Positions 1-9,273 of a DNA stretch of 29,803 nt are shown piece by piece; the first letter of the stretch is position 1, and each line of letters starts with the position of its first letter. This stretch comes from a virus (lineage: Duplodnaviria > Caudoviricetes). Made by a program: the position numbers and the translations under genes. The stretch is taken from positions 1 to 29,803 of IMG/VR virus record IMGVR_UViG_3300027835_000492. One strand, given 5' to 3'. The notes under the pieces were generated by a model. That model searched no databases. It worked only from the letters and a program-made list of their open reading frames with translations, and was not told the DNA's origin.

Positions 1-171
1 AAGATAAGAAAATCTAATAGAATTTCTCAAGAAGAACTGGCTGAAAGACTTGTGATGCATCGTACATACATAGGGATGATTGAACGAGGAGAAAGGAATC
101 CAACAATCAGAACTCTTTATAAGATTGCTAAAGCACTTAAGGTTTCTGCATCAGAACTTCTTCCTTTTTAA
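1..171 (+). CDS. XRE-family HTH regulator, 5'-truncated (resembles RM controller C proteins)
   Basis: Not in the ORF track. Frame 1 reads KIRKSNRISQEELAERLVMHRTYIGMIERGERNPTIRTLYKIAKALKVSASELLPF*, a typical HTH_3 pattern (SQEELA...RTYIGxIERGERNPT). Confidence 0.9.
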   Translation, partial: KIRKSNRISQEELAERLVMHRTYIGMIERGERNPTIRTLYKIAKALKVSASELLPF

Positions 172-196
172 TAGCTCTGCTATACTAAAAGGAGAT

Positions 197-346
197 ATGC
201 AAAAGTTTTTCAAGACAGAAGAAAAACGGCCATTTTCATATCCGACTATTGTAGAACATAGAAAAAACAATGACTACAAACCATGGATAGCTGGAATAAT
301 ATTAATAGTTGTGTTTTTCTTAATAGGATATTTTCTGCTAAAATGA
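197..346 (+). CDS. Small single-pass membrane protein (49 aa)
   Basis: ATG at 197 just after AAAAGGAGAT; C-terminal hydrophobic segment WIAGIILIVVFFLIGYFLLK. The longer start at 80 overlaps the XRE gene. Confidence 0.6.
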   Translation: MQKFFKTEEKRPFSYPTIVEHRKNNDYKPWIAGIILIVVFFLIGYFLLK

Positions 347-348
347 AC

Positions 349-630
349 TCAGCTTATTTGTGTATTCCCCTGCAGTTTTGAAACCATCCTCTGTCTATCA
401 AGCGAATCTTTCCAGTAAAGCTGATAAGTAACCTGTGCTGATCCAAAAACTACTAATCCGGATTTGAAAATTTCCTGCGCATTACTTATATTGAGCTTAT
501 CAATATTAAGCAATGCAGCAACAACCAAAGAAATGGCAACTGAAATAAAAAGCTTTAGTGCTCCGTTAGAAACTTTATGGTTGATGAGATCAATAACAGG
601 CGGTAAAGCCAGACCTATTAAATCATTCAT
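349..630 (-). CDS. Putative holin
   Basis: 93 aa with 2-3 hydrophobic segments, AGGAG RBS, overlaps the stop codon of the endolysin. Confidence 0.7.
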   Translation of the reverse strand: MNDLIGLALPPVIDLINHKVSNGALKLFISVAISLVVAALLNIDKLNISNAQEIFKSGLVVFGSAQVTYQLYWKDSLDRQRMVSKLQGNTQIS

Positions 631-1673
631 ATATTTTCTCCTGCCTTATTTTTTGAGAAAAGACTTTTAATAAAATCTACAAGACTAAAAGCTGTGTTAC
701 TATTAGCAACTACAGTTCCGAATTGCGGAGTATTTGACTGAAACTGTTTTATTTGGTCTTGAAGCTGTTTAATAGTAGTTTGCATTGTTGTAACAGCAGT
801 ATGCATGTCTTCATCAGTTGCTTGAGGAGTAAGACCAAGTAAGCTTTTGACAAAATTTATGTCGTTTACTGCTGAATCTCTTTGATGCTGTGCAGTTATT
901 GAGTCATCCACAGTTTGAATATCTTCATCCTTAACCTTTTGAATTGCAGTTGCCATATCAGAAATTTGACCTTGTAGAGTTTGTACATCTTGCTGAAGCT
1001 GTGTATTGGCATTGGTTAGGTCACCTACTTTCTTTATTACATCATCAACAGTTGTGTATCCTGCTGCATGAAAAGCATCATACTTTGTCGCTTTATCAAC
1101 CAATTGAGGAAACACATTTGCATCAACTGCCACGCTTGCTCCAACCGGATTGCCTTTATAGACAACAAATTTCTGAATTGTTTGAGCCGGATTATTACCA
1201 TAATGCAGGGAAAAATCATCATCTGTACCATACCAGGGATCATAGATTTTAAATGTATTTCCATCATACTCGTGAAGACATACAAAGTGAGTCTCTATTC
1301 CATCATTTGGATCATGGTCAAAATCTAGTTCAAGAATAACAGCAACGGAGTCATTAGCAGAAAGCTCCTTAAGTAAATTAAGGTCTGCCGGATCATTAAG
1401 ATATGGATAAACCTGCACGAATTGAATATCTGAGAAAACTTGTGATAGATCATCATCATTACTTATTAAATCTCCATCTGCATATAAACTTTTATTGGTA
1501 AAAATATCATCTAGCGCATTCGGTGTAATTTGATGCCCGAAATACCCAGCAGTCATGGCAAAAGAGGTAAGATAGCACCCATACTGACCAATTGTTGCAT
1601 CATTAGCTGTTCCAAGCCGCTGACCTGCCCATTGAGGATCCCTTTGAGAGTAGATTCGCGGATAGTTTCTCAT
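627..1673 (-). CDS. Putative endolysin: peptidase C39-like domain plus coiled coil
   Basis: YSQRDPQW...GCYLTSFAM (Cys), HFV (His), IYDP (Asp); heptad-rich C-terminal half; adjacent to the holin. Confidence 0.75.
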   Translation of the reverse strand: MRNYPRIYSQRDPQWAGQRLGTANDATIGQYGCYLTSFAMTAGYFGHQITPNALDDIFTNKSLYADGDLISNDDDLSQVFSDIQFVQVYPYLNDPADLNLLKELSANDSVAVILELDFDHDPNDGIETHFVCLHEYDGNTFKIYDPWYGTDDDFSLHYGNNPAQTIQKFVVYKGNPVGASVAVDANVFPQLVDKATKYDAFHAAGYTTVDDVIKKVGDLTNANTQLQQDVQTLQGQISDMATAIQKVKDEDIQTVDDSITAQHQRDSAVNDINFVKSLLGLTPQATDEDMHTAVTTMQTTIKQLQDQIKQFQSNTPQFGTVVANSNTAFSLVDFIKSLFSKNKAGENI

Positions 1674-1679
1674 TAACCT

Positions 1680-1711
1680 ATGATACTGATGAGAGGATTA
1701 AACCTTATACA
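1680..1711 (-). promoter_or_regulatory. Late-type promoter copy upstream of the endolysin
   Basis: TGTATAAG-N18-TATCAT, 6 nt before ATG 1673. Confidence 0.8.
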
Positions 1712-1714
1712 TTT

Positions 1715-2071
1715 TTATTTGAATAGCCTCAATACCTCAATAACTGTTGCAATAACAAAACCAACAATAGCTGCGACTGCAGAAGCAATACCAAGAGTTA
1801 TTTTCCAGGTAAGTCTAAAATCATTAATCCATTGATTATTTTTCTCTATAATTTCAGCCATTGTGTGAGGCCGCAATTCATCCCGCATTTTTTCCAATGC
1901 TTTAATACGGATTTCATGATCTGCAATCCGAAGATTTATTCCTGCTTTAATTTCAGCAACATCTTCTTTTATATCCGCAATTTTATCCAGTATCGTAGCA
2001 TGGTTATTTTTGACGGACTCAACCAGGGTTATTAATATATCATGATCTGTTTTAGCTATATCGTTTTCCAT
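1715..2071 (-). CDS. Coiled-coil protein with a C-terminal TM helix (lysis-associated, holin-like)
   Basis: Heptads (RIADHEIRIKALE) followed by a hydrophobic C-terminus; lies just before the endolysin. Confidence 0.55.
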   Translation of the reverse strand: MENDIAKTDHDILITLVESVKNNHATILDKIADIKEDVAEIKAGINLRIADHEIRIKALEKMRDELRPHTMAEIIEKNNQWINDFRLTWKITLGIASAVAAIVGFVIATVIEVLRLFK

Positions 2072-2073
2072 AA

Positions 2074-3357
2074 TTATATTATGTTTTCTAAAATTGCACC
2101 GCCAATAAACTTTTGAAATTGAATAAAAATAGCTGTGGTGTATGCCGGCTCATTATTACTTGAGTCAGCTGTGGTTGTAGCATTGCTGTAATCCGGTGAG
2201 GATGATGAGCAATTTATAAGATTGTGCGCCGGTATGCTTCTATTCGTGTGGTTGCTTCCAACACCATCAATCCCTTGAGTTTGTGAATGTCCATCAGAGC
2301 CACCAGAATGGTTGTGTGAACCGGCATTGGTGTGAGAGTGAGTTGTACCGGCATGGGTGTGGGTATTTGAACCACCGGTGTTGCCGATTTCAGTACCGTC
2401 ATTGGCAATCTTTAAATGATAGCCTCGCATATCCGGTGTACCATTGTTACCATCACAAACTGCCCAACCAGCCGGTATAAAAAGCGGGTTATCTAGGAAT
2501 AAACCAATCAAACCAACTGGGCTTGCGTCTGGGCTGCTGTTTTTCTGCATAGCACGCAGTTTTTTGTAAAGCGGCTCAACGCTATCTGACAATGACTGCA
2601 CGCCTGAGTATGCGGCAATGGGTGCAACCACGCCATTTAAGGTAACGCTATGACCATGCCTATCATCAACATCTGACCCGCTACCGCTGTCTCTATCAGT
2701 GCCGCCATTGGGTGTTTTATTTGCGCCACCAGAGTGAGAGTGATTTGCGCCGGATGTGTGGCCGTGACTCATATCATGTGAGTGGGTATATGCACCACCG
2801 GTTGCACCAGTATCATTTCCGGTTGGTGCGCCTCTTAGGTATTTATTTCTCAAGTCTGGTCTGCCGCTTAAGCCATCACACTCATTCCACCCGCTTGGTA
2901 AGGTAGTATCTGCAAATAAAGCAATTGCATTAGTTGGGGTTGGGTAGCCGTTGGATTTAATAAAAATAACAGAGTAATAAGGCGGTAAGCTATTGCCGGA
3001 TTGTGAGCTATATGTCAAAGAGTCAGAGGATGAGAATGAGGCTGACCCGCCATCAGAAGTTTGCCCCCAATGTGCATGGTTTGCATCATTAATAATATGT
3101 CCGCTATTTGATGATGCATCATCACCGTTGCCGATATTTGTATAGTCTAAATCGTAGGTATGGGTGTGGCTATTTACTTGGTGATTGTGTGCCGGTGAGG
3201 TGTGCGAATGGCTGTCTGTGCCACCGGTTACGTTTTGTGCGCCAACATCACAACCTTTGGCAAATTGAACATCAAGGGCTGTTACTCTCGTAAACCCAGT
3301 GGGTATACTGGCATTAGTGCCTGCCCAGATAAGTATAACTTTTGGCGGTATTGTCAT
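2074..3357 (-). CDS. Tail fibre/tip protein with three tail-collar-like domains and His-x-His tracts
   Basis: IPTGF, LPSGWNECDG..GRPDLR and IPAGWAVCDGNNGTPDMR collar motifs, each followed by HSH/HNH/HTH runs. Confidence 0.8.
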   Translation of the reverse strand: MTIPPKVILIWAGTNASIPTGFTRVTALDVQFAKGCDVGAQNVTGGTDSHSHTSPAHNHQVNSHTHTYDLDYTNIGNGDDASSNSGHIINDANHAHWGQTSDGGSASFSSSDSLTYSSQSGNSLPPYYSVIFIKSNGYPTPTNAIALFADTTLPSGWNECDGLSGRPDLRNKYLRGAPTGNDTGATGGAYTHSHDMSHGHTSGANHSHSGGANKTPNGGTDRDSGSGSDVDDRHGHSVTLNGVVAPIAAYSGVQSLSDSVEPLYKKLRAMQKNSSPDASPVGLIGLFLDNPLFIPAGWAVCDGNNGTPDMRGYHLKIANDGTEIGNTGGSNTHTHAGTTHSHTNAGSHNHSGGSDGHSQTQGIDGVGSNHTNRSIPAHNLINCSSSSPDYSNATTTADSSNNEPAYTTAIFIQFQKFIGGAILENII

Positions 3358-3359
3358 AT

Positions 3360-3551
3360 TTATTTGTCTGCATATTTTTCAATAACCACATTCAGTCTGT
3401 AATACGGCTTTTTGATAATTTCTTTTGCGCGCCTTAACGCCTCATCATAAGACTTGGCAATTAATTGCAGCTCACAGGCATCAATAAGATGTCCTGTATC
3501 AACTTTTTCCTGATATGCTTGAATAACAAATACAAGATATGTTTTTCTCAT
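3360..3551 (-). CDS. Hypothetical protein (63 aa) in the tail fibre module
   Basis: Tightly coupled to both neighbours (ATGA overlap; TAA-AT-ATG). Confidence 0.65.
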   Translation of the reverse strand: MRKTYLVFVIQAYQEKVDTGHLIDACELQLIAKSYDEALRRAKEIIKKPYYRLNVVIEKYADK

Positions 3552-4411
3552 ATATTCTGACCTGCTACAAAACCTTCACTGGTGTTTATTGTATCGTTGG
3601 TAACAGTTAAAAAATTGATAACGAACTCATCTGATTTATTGCCTGTAACTGTAAGTACCGGAGCAACTCCACCATTCGCCCAGATAAGTCCAGACCACCA
3701 TGCAACTATCCTGCCGCCAACACTGTCTTGAGTAACACGAACATCAATTGACTTACAGTTAAGAGGAACATTCAGCAAGGCAAGAGTAGTATTTCCTGCA
3801 GGCATGTTGATTTGGAATTTTTTACCCAGTGATAAATCAAGTGTAGTCGTGCCGCCCGCAACACCCGCAACCGTAACCCATTGATCAGCATTAAATAAAT
3901 CAGACCTGAATTTAGCTTGAGGTCTTGCGTCAGTAATGCTTGTTGGTGTCGTAGCACCGGAATTAACCAAAACGTTTGCCAAAACAATAAATGGATTGCC
4001 GGACCCAACAGATGACTGAATGGTAGAATTTGACGGCGGTGTAGGTGATGCCGCCGGTGTTCCATCAACTGAAACAACATGTACAGTATTGGTTTCGGTT
4101 GAATTTGGAGATCCACCCAGGTCTTGGTATAAAACAATCGAGCTGTAGCGCGGATTACCGGATGCATTCGCATTGACAGCAAGGTTTGAAATCGTTGAAT
4201 CATTAATAATCGGGTAGCCATTCCCTGCTACAGCTAATAAATAAGCATGGCCTACAGCAATATTTACTGATAAGCCGGAGCCGGCTGTAACATTAAATTG
4301 AGTAGTTGTAGTATCAAGCACTCCTGAAATATTTAGAAAGTCAGTTATAAACTGTAAAAAACTGGCCTCTGTCATTGCTGTTGCGCCTGATCGAATTGAA
4401 CGTAATGCCAT
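3548..4411 (-). CDS. Minor tail / fibre-attachment protein
   Basis: GLSVNIAVGHA, NPRYSSIV and LANVLV..G...ITDAR pattern of siphovirus upper-baseplate/fibre N-termini. Start moved to ATG 4411 because TTG 4423 overlaps the -10 box. Confidence 0.7.
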   Translation of the reverse strand: MALRSIRSGATAMTEASFLQFITDFLNISGVLDTTTTQFNVTAGSGLSVNIAVGHAYLLAVAGNGYPIINDSTISNLAVNANASGNPRYSSIVLYQDLGGSPNSTETNTVHVVSVDGTPAASPTPPSNSTIQSSVGSGNPFIVLANVLVNSGATTPTSITDARPQAKFRSDLFNADQWVTVAGVAGGTTTLDLSLGKKFQINMPAGNTTLALLNVPLNCKSIDVRVTQDSVGGRIVAWWSGLIWANGGVAPVLTVTGNKSDEFVINFLTVTNDTINTSEGFVAGQNI

Positions 4412-4422
4412 AGTTGTAATCA

Positions 4423-4454
4423 ATTATATGAAGATGTACAGCAAGTCTTATACA
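4423..4454 (-). promoter_or_regulatory. Late-type promoter copy upstream of the fibre module
   Basis: TGTATAAG-N18-TATAAT. Confidence 0.85.
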
Positions 4455-4458
4455 AAAA

Positions 4459-4692
4459 TTAACTGAGGGTAACTGCTTTGATAGTTCCGCTTTTATTCCA
4501 TTTGAGCTGATTGCTTGTTAAGTTTATCCATATCTCATTGTTCACAGGACTTACAGGATCAGACGTAACGATTTTGATCACCAAAAAACCGGTTGAATCT
4601 GCGGGTATAGTAATCTTCTTAACAACCAGTCCTTTCTCAAGGTATTCAACCCTGCGTGCTAAATCATTTAAAATTCTTCTTATTTCATCCAT
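4459..4692 (-). CDS. Small tail-tip protein
   Basis: N-terminal coiled coil (LARRVEYLE) plus SDPVSPVNNEIW motif; follows the hub gene. Confidence 0.6.
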   Translation of the reverse strand: MDEIRRILNDLARRVEYLEKGLVVKKITIPADSTGFLVIKIVTSDPVSPVNNEIWINLTSNQLKWNKSGTIKAVTLS

Positions 4693-4694
4693 AG

Positions 4695-5744
4695 TTATAT
4701 TGTTAGCAAATCTATTGTGGCAACCATTGTACCTGTCTCATCAATATCAACTGTGCGCTTTTTCACTCTGTATTGAGCGTAGCTGATTCGCTCCTCTATA
4801 ATATTGACTACGACCGTATCACCAAGACCATAAGTGGTGAGATTAATATCATCTGAATGTTTTAGTGTAATGGCATAAAGTGGCAGTTTTTCAAGGCTAA
4901 GTTTGCGGTCTCCCTCACTGTTGAGTGTGGTGGTATCTGCTGTTTGCGTGTCGCTTATAATATCCTCAAGCAGGGTGTACTCTGCAATTTCGCTTGATGA
5001 TGCTTGCCGATTGACTGCAGCAATATCATTGTTGATGCCCTGCCCTGTAACAAAGACAGAGTTGGTAATGTTTAAAACAACCGGTATTTTAACTGCGTGA
5101 GCCAAAACAGTGTTGTCATCAAAAACAATGTTGGCGCGTAGTGAACCTTTTGTTGGGTAATAGATATTGAGTTTCTTGCCGGTGTCTATATCAAAATCAA
5201 AGCTATTGTTAGCCTTGTAATTTGAGAGGTCTGTTATTACCTGTTTAATATCTGCATATTTCAACTCAACACTTACCATTGTACCGGTTGAAGCAGTTGC
5301 ACCAACTGTAATGCCCAAATCCCCATGCGTTTTGCTTTGCGAGGTGTTGATTAAAGACCAAGGTATGGTTGCAGGGTCAACCCCGCTGAAAATATCATCA
5401 GAACCGGTACGTCTTTTCTGTAAGAGTGAAAAATAATCAACTGCAGCAACACTTAAGGTAAAATTACCAGAGGCATCTTTGCTGCGGTTATATTCTGATA
5501 CAACCCCAAGCCAGAGTATATTATTGCTTGAGTCTTTAACTGTTATCTCTGATAAAACTGCTGTAAATAAATCTTTTGGGTTGGTGGTATATGGGTCGCA
5601 GACTTGCTCTTTTATGGTGGTATAATCAAATTCAAATGTAGCCTGTGAGCCGTTGTTTAACTCCTCAACGTAGTTGATTAATTTATAAGGCAATTCAAAA
5701 ATATCACCACTTGCAACATGCTTTAAAATTACTGTGTATGTCAT
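4695..5744 (-). CDS. Baseplate hub / Tal-like minor tail protein (ReqiPepy6 Gp37-like)
   Basis: Position after the Dit gene; WLGVV, FDFDID, ITNSVFVTGQG and YGLGDTVVV motifs. Confidence 0.75.
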   Translation of the reverse strand: MTYTVILKHVASGDIFELPYKLINYVEELNNGSQATFEFDYTTIKEQVCDPYTTNPKDLFTAVLSEITVKDSSNNILWLGVVSEYNRSKDASGNFTLSVAAVDYFSLLQKRRTGSDDIFSGVDPATIPWSLINTSQSKTHGDLGITVGATASTGTMVSVELKYADIKQVITDLSNYKANNSFDFDIDTGKKLNIYYPTKGSLRANIVFDDNTVLAHAVKIPVVLNITNSVFVTGQGINNDIAAVNRQASSSEIAEYTLLEDIISDTQTADTTTLNSEGDRKLSLEKLPLYAITLKHSDDINLTTYGLGDTVVVNIIEERISYAQYRVKKRTVDIDETGTMVATIDLLTI

Positions 5745-6577
5745 ACGTTTAAGAATGTGTCTTTAAAGGTTATTACGCACTTTCCGCCATCTGTTGTGTT
5801 TGCATTGCCTAAAGTGACTGTTGACTGGCCAACTGGGACTGTCCAGAAATCACCGGTAACATATTGTCTGCCATTATTGCCGGAAGGCTCAAGTATCACT
5901 GTGCCAAGGTAGGTATCAATAATGACTGACGCACTGCTATCTGCGAGGGTTTGTGCCAAACTCAAAGTCTTACCGGTAGTGTTATTTGTAATGCTTGGAT
6001 TAGTAAGCGCTCCAATAAATGTAAAGACCGGATACGCGGGATAATTCCCATTATTTACTATATTGATAAGTGTTGAGTGGTTTGCTGACATATCAAATGG
6101 GATGCCAACTGGTAATGCCCAACCTCCACCATTAAAGATGGTTACATCTTGTGAGGTCTGGGTTGGGTTTTGCAGGAATGGAAATTCTGCCTCAAGTGTT
6201 ATCTCAATAATTGAACTTGTGCCGTCATCTGTGGTTAAGTCGCCGGTAACTTCAATAGCTTTTACATCAATATATCTTTGGCCGCCATCAGAACGTATAA
6301 CAATAAGACGCTGTGTGCCGTTTGAATGGACTGTACCCAAAATGCCAAGGAAAATGTCACGCTGCAGTGCTAAATCTGCAAAGTTTAACCCAACAATTTG
6401 GAAATCCATTACAAACTGATAAGAGGCAAATGTTGGTGTAATGAGTTTTGAGCCATTTTTGCCGCCTCTTTTAGTCCGTGTGTAAACGGTTGCCGGGAAT
6501 GAGCCATTTTTAAAGGCTTGCAATAGCCATTGGTCTTGTATGAGGGATACACCCCCAAGCGTTAATCCTGTTATCAT
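5741..6577 (-). CDS. Distal tail protein (Dit)
   Basis: Directly after the tape measure gene; LEAEFPF, NNGNYPAYPVFTFIG.LTNP.I.N.TTG motifs. Confidence 0.8.
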   Translation of the reverse strand: MITGLTLGGVSLIQDQWLLQAFKNGSFPATVYTRTKRGGKNGSKLITPTFASYQFVMDFQIVGLNFADLALQRDIFLGILGTVHSNGTQRLIVIRSDGGQRYIDVKAIEVTGDLTTDDGTSSIIEITLEAEFPFLQNPTQTSQDVTIFNGGGWALPVGIPFDMSANHSTLINIVNNGNYPAYPVFTFIGALTNPSITNNTTGKTLSLAQTLADSSASVIIDTYLGTVILEPSGNNGRQYVTGDFWTVPVGQSTVTLGNANTTDGGKCVITFKDTFLNV

Positions 6578-6578
6578 A

Positions 6579-8648
6579 TTATCTTGAGTTCCTTAGTGCA
6601 AAAGCAATTTTGTTACCTAAAAGCGCCATGTCTATATTTTGATTGACAGTTGCATAAATGTTGATGGGCTGGTTATTGTTAGTTGTTGTTTTTATTTGCA
6701 GTGGTACTTGTTGCTGACCGGCAAGCATGGCTTTTGACATAACAAACTCACCCTGATGCAGAACTGCAAGACCGGTTGCCGGTACAAACCCACCCTCTGC
6801 AAAATGGGGTATGTCTGGGATGTGAATTTTACCACCGGATGCTGCACCAGCCACTTTATTAAATCCATCTATAACGCCATTGACCAAGCCAATAACTGTA
6901 TCAAGAGCAAGTTTTATTGAGTCAATGATATATTTAACCCCGCCATCAATGACATTTTTGATACCATCCCAGACATAAGACAAACCCTGTTTAATGCCGT
7001 CCCATGCTCTTTTCCAGTTGCCGGTAATTATTCCCATTGCCACATCAATAATAATGGTAATGATGCCCCAGGCAATCTCAATAATACCTTTCATTATTTC
7101 TAAAACTGCAGCTAAGTAATCTTTGATTGCATCCCAAGTAGTTTTAAAAAATCCTTGTATAAACCCAAGTGCAAAGGTAAAGACACCCACAACGTCAGTC
7201 CAAAATGCTTGGAATGTGTCGCGGTTGGTATTTACAAAGTTTATGACTGCGCTAATAACATCTGATACAAACTTGCTGATAGTGCCCCAAAGTGCTTTGA
7301 GTGCCGGTGTTATAGCATCAATCACTGGTTTAAATGTTTTCCAGTGAGTTACAACCAAAGCCACACCTGCCCCAAGTGCTGCAAAGATTGCCAATACGGG
7401 CAGTGATACAGCCAAAAAGCTCAGCATGGCAACAGTTGCTGCTGCCAGTGAAATGACCAAAATTCCGCCAAGCGCACCGGCCAAAGCAATAAGTGCTGTC
7501 CTGTTGTTGGCAAAAAAAGTAATAATATTACCAACTGCAGTACCAAATGCGCCAAAATTCTGGCTCAAGGTTTTGGTAAATTCACTGAGCGGTTTGCCAT
7601 TGGTCAAAACATCATTAAGTGCTTTTGCCACATTCAGTAAGTGAGGTAAGATTGGCTGCAATGCTTTTTCAATAAATCCGCCAATGGATATTTGAATATC
7701 CTGAAATACATTTTTAAGTTGTGCCATCTGTCCGGTGAATGTTTTGGCTTGGGCTGTTGCAGAGCCACCAAACTCTGTACCTAACTCTTTTAATATAAGA
7801 GCCTGCGCGCCGGCTATATTACCGGTTGCCTGCATTGCCTTGGCTTGCGCAATTTGCTCTTTGGTAAAATCAACACCAATTCTGTGCAGTTGTGCCATAC
7901 CGGTTGAAGGATCCTGCAAAGCCTTGCCCACTTGGATTGCTGCACTCTGCAGGTCTTCATGCATGGCAGTTGCCACATCCAGTACAGCCGTTGTTGTTTG
8001 GGGGAAAATATCTTTACTAATACCGGTAAATGTCAAAAGCAAATTTTCAGTTGACAGCACTTGGTCTTTGCTGTAAGTGGTAAGGTTTTGCATCTGCTCT
8101 GATAAGCCAATAACTTGCTCTCTTGTTATTTGCATTGCTTTCGCCATACCATTACCGCCGATCATTGATGTAGTTGTTTTATTCATTGCCGCCTCAATGC
8201 TGGTAACTTTCTCTTTGGCATGCTCAAGCTCATCTGCCGCAGCTTTGGTATGGATCTTTGACCCATCCCATCTATCCTGCATTATTTTGAGTGAGTATTG
8301 CGCAGAGTCTAATTGCTTTTGCAGCTCTGCATGTTGTTTTGATGAAATGCCAATGGTAACAGTATGTGCTGCAACGCTTGTGCTTGAATCTTGAAATGCT
8401 GCTGCAGTGGATTTTAACACCGCATCAGTCTGGGCAAGTATATTCTGATGTTCAGAAAATGCCTTGACAGATAAAACTGCCTCTGCGGTCAATCCGCCCA
8501 AAGCAACACCGGAAACAATTGCAGCATCCTTGAATGAGTGTGCAAGTAAGTCTGATACTCCGCCGGCTTTTTTTCCAACATTCTCAAGAGTTGCACTGGC
8601 TTCATCTTTGGCCTTTATAACGATCTGCAAAATTGCGTCAGTATTCAT
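6579..8648 (-). CDS. Tail tape measure protein
   Basis: N-terminal IKAKDEAS, GKALQDP..G...L core, hydrophobic segments, W/F-periodic repeats, C-terminal IPHFAEGGFV...LHQGEFV. Confidence 0.92.
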   Translation of the reverse strand: MNTDAILQIVIKAKDEASATLENVGKKAGGVSDLLAHSFKDAAIVSGVALGGLTAEAVLSVKAFSEHQNILAQTDAVLKSTAAAFQDSSTSVAAHTVTIGISSKQHAELQKQLDSAQYSLKIMQDRWDGSKIHTKAAADELEHAKEKVTSIEAAMNKTTTSMIGGNGMAKAMQITREQVIGLSEQMQNLTTYSKDQVLSTENLLLTFTGISKDIFPQTTTAVLDVATAMHEDLQSAAIQVGKALQDPSTGMAQLHRIGVDFTKEQIAQAKAMQATGNIAGAQALILKELGTEFGGSATAQAKTFTGQMAQLKNVFQDIQISIGGFIEKALQPILPHLLNVAKALNDVLTNGKPLSEFTKTLSQNFGAFGTAVGNIITFFANNRTALIALAGALGGILVISLAAATVAMLSFLAVSLPVLAIFAALGAGVALVVTHWKTFKPVIDAITPALKALWGTISKFVSDVISAVINFVNTNRDTFQAFWTDVVGVFTFALGFIQGFFKTTWDAIKDYLAAVLEIMKGIIEIAWGIITIIIDVAMGIITGNWKRAWDGIKQGLSYVWDGIKNVIDGGVKYIIDSIKLALDTVIGLVNGVIDGFNKVAGAASGGKIHIPDIPHFAEGGFVPATGLAVLHQGEFVMSKAMLAGQQQVPLQIKTTTNNNQPINIYATVNQNIDMALLGNKIAFALRNSR

Positions 8649-8657
8649 AGCTGCTTA

Positions 8658-8689
8658 ATTATAAGTAAAAAAATGAACCAGCTTATATC
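8658..8689 (-). promoter_or_regulatory. Late-type promoter copy upstream of the tape measure gene (variant box)
   Basis: GATATAAG-N18-TATAAT; an inverted TGTATAAA box lies at 8694-8701. Confidence 0.7.
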
Positions 8690-8706
8690 TTTTTGTATAA
8701 AGGGGT

Positions 8707-8922
8707 TTATGTTTTGTTTACAAGAGCGTTGATTTTTTGTTTATGCTCCTCTGCAAGAGATTTTTGTTTTTGCCATATCAGCATACGTTCAATCCACCAA
8801 TCCGGCTGTATCTCAAGCTCACTGTAAGAAAGTCCTAATACATCACAGAGATAAACTGCTTCAAGGTCTTCTGAAATGCTGCCTTTACCAGCTTTGTGGA
8901 ATTTAAAAGCCTCGAGTTCTAT
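8707..8922 (-). CDS. -1 frameshift extension of the tail assembly chaperone (gpGT-like)
   Basis: A9 slippery run at 8922-8930 before TAG; the -1 frame stays open for 71 codons: IELEAFKF...LCDVLGLSYSELEIQPDWWIERML...VNKT*. Confidence 0.85.
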   Translation of the reverse strand: MELEAFKFHKAGKGSISEDLEAVYLCDVLGLSYSELEIQPDWWIERMLIWQKQKSLAEEHKQKINALVNKT

Positions 8923-9272
8923 TTTTTTTTACTATCAGGGGTTAGTTTTGTAGCGGATGTTACTTTGTCAATCTCTGCATAAATTGCTCTGCCAACCTCA
9001 TCATCATCAAGCTCTTGGATTGCATCATAAGCCAATGTGCCTTCAAAGACTTTGCCCTCTGGAGTTTTGAAGCTTACTAAAAGTGATTTGAGGGTTAAAT
9101 CTTGGACTTCATAAATAATTGCGCCATCTACATTGGTGTCCGCGCTAAGGTCTTTAACATCAACAGACATTTTGCTTGCCATGAGCTTTTGCATCTGTCT
9201 TTTTTGGCCAAAATTAAGAGATGGTTTAAATATTACTGTGTAGCCTTTAAATTCAAATGTTACATTTTCCAT
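8919..9272 (-). CDS. Tail assembly chaperone (gpG-like)
   Basis: Between the tail tube and tape measure genes; ends in AAA AAA AAA TAG. Confidence 0.85.
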   Translation of the reverse strand: MENVTFEFKGYTVIFKPSLNFGQKRQMQKLMASKMSVDVKDLSADTNVDGAIIYEVQDLTLKSLLVSFKTPEGKVFEGTLAYDAIQELDDDEVGRAIYAEIDKVTSATKLTPDSKKK

Positions 9273-9273
9273 A

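Noticed and set aside
80-196. N-terminal extension of the 88-aa ORF 80..346
   Set aside because: Overlaps the clear XRE gene in another frame; ATG 197 is the better start.
8694-8725. Plus-strand TGTATAAA as an antisense promoter
   Set aside because: No matching -10 at N18 (ACAAGA). It could still be a second binding half-site.
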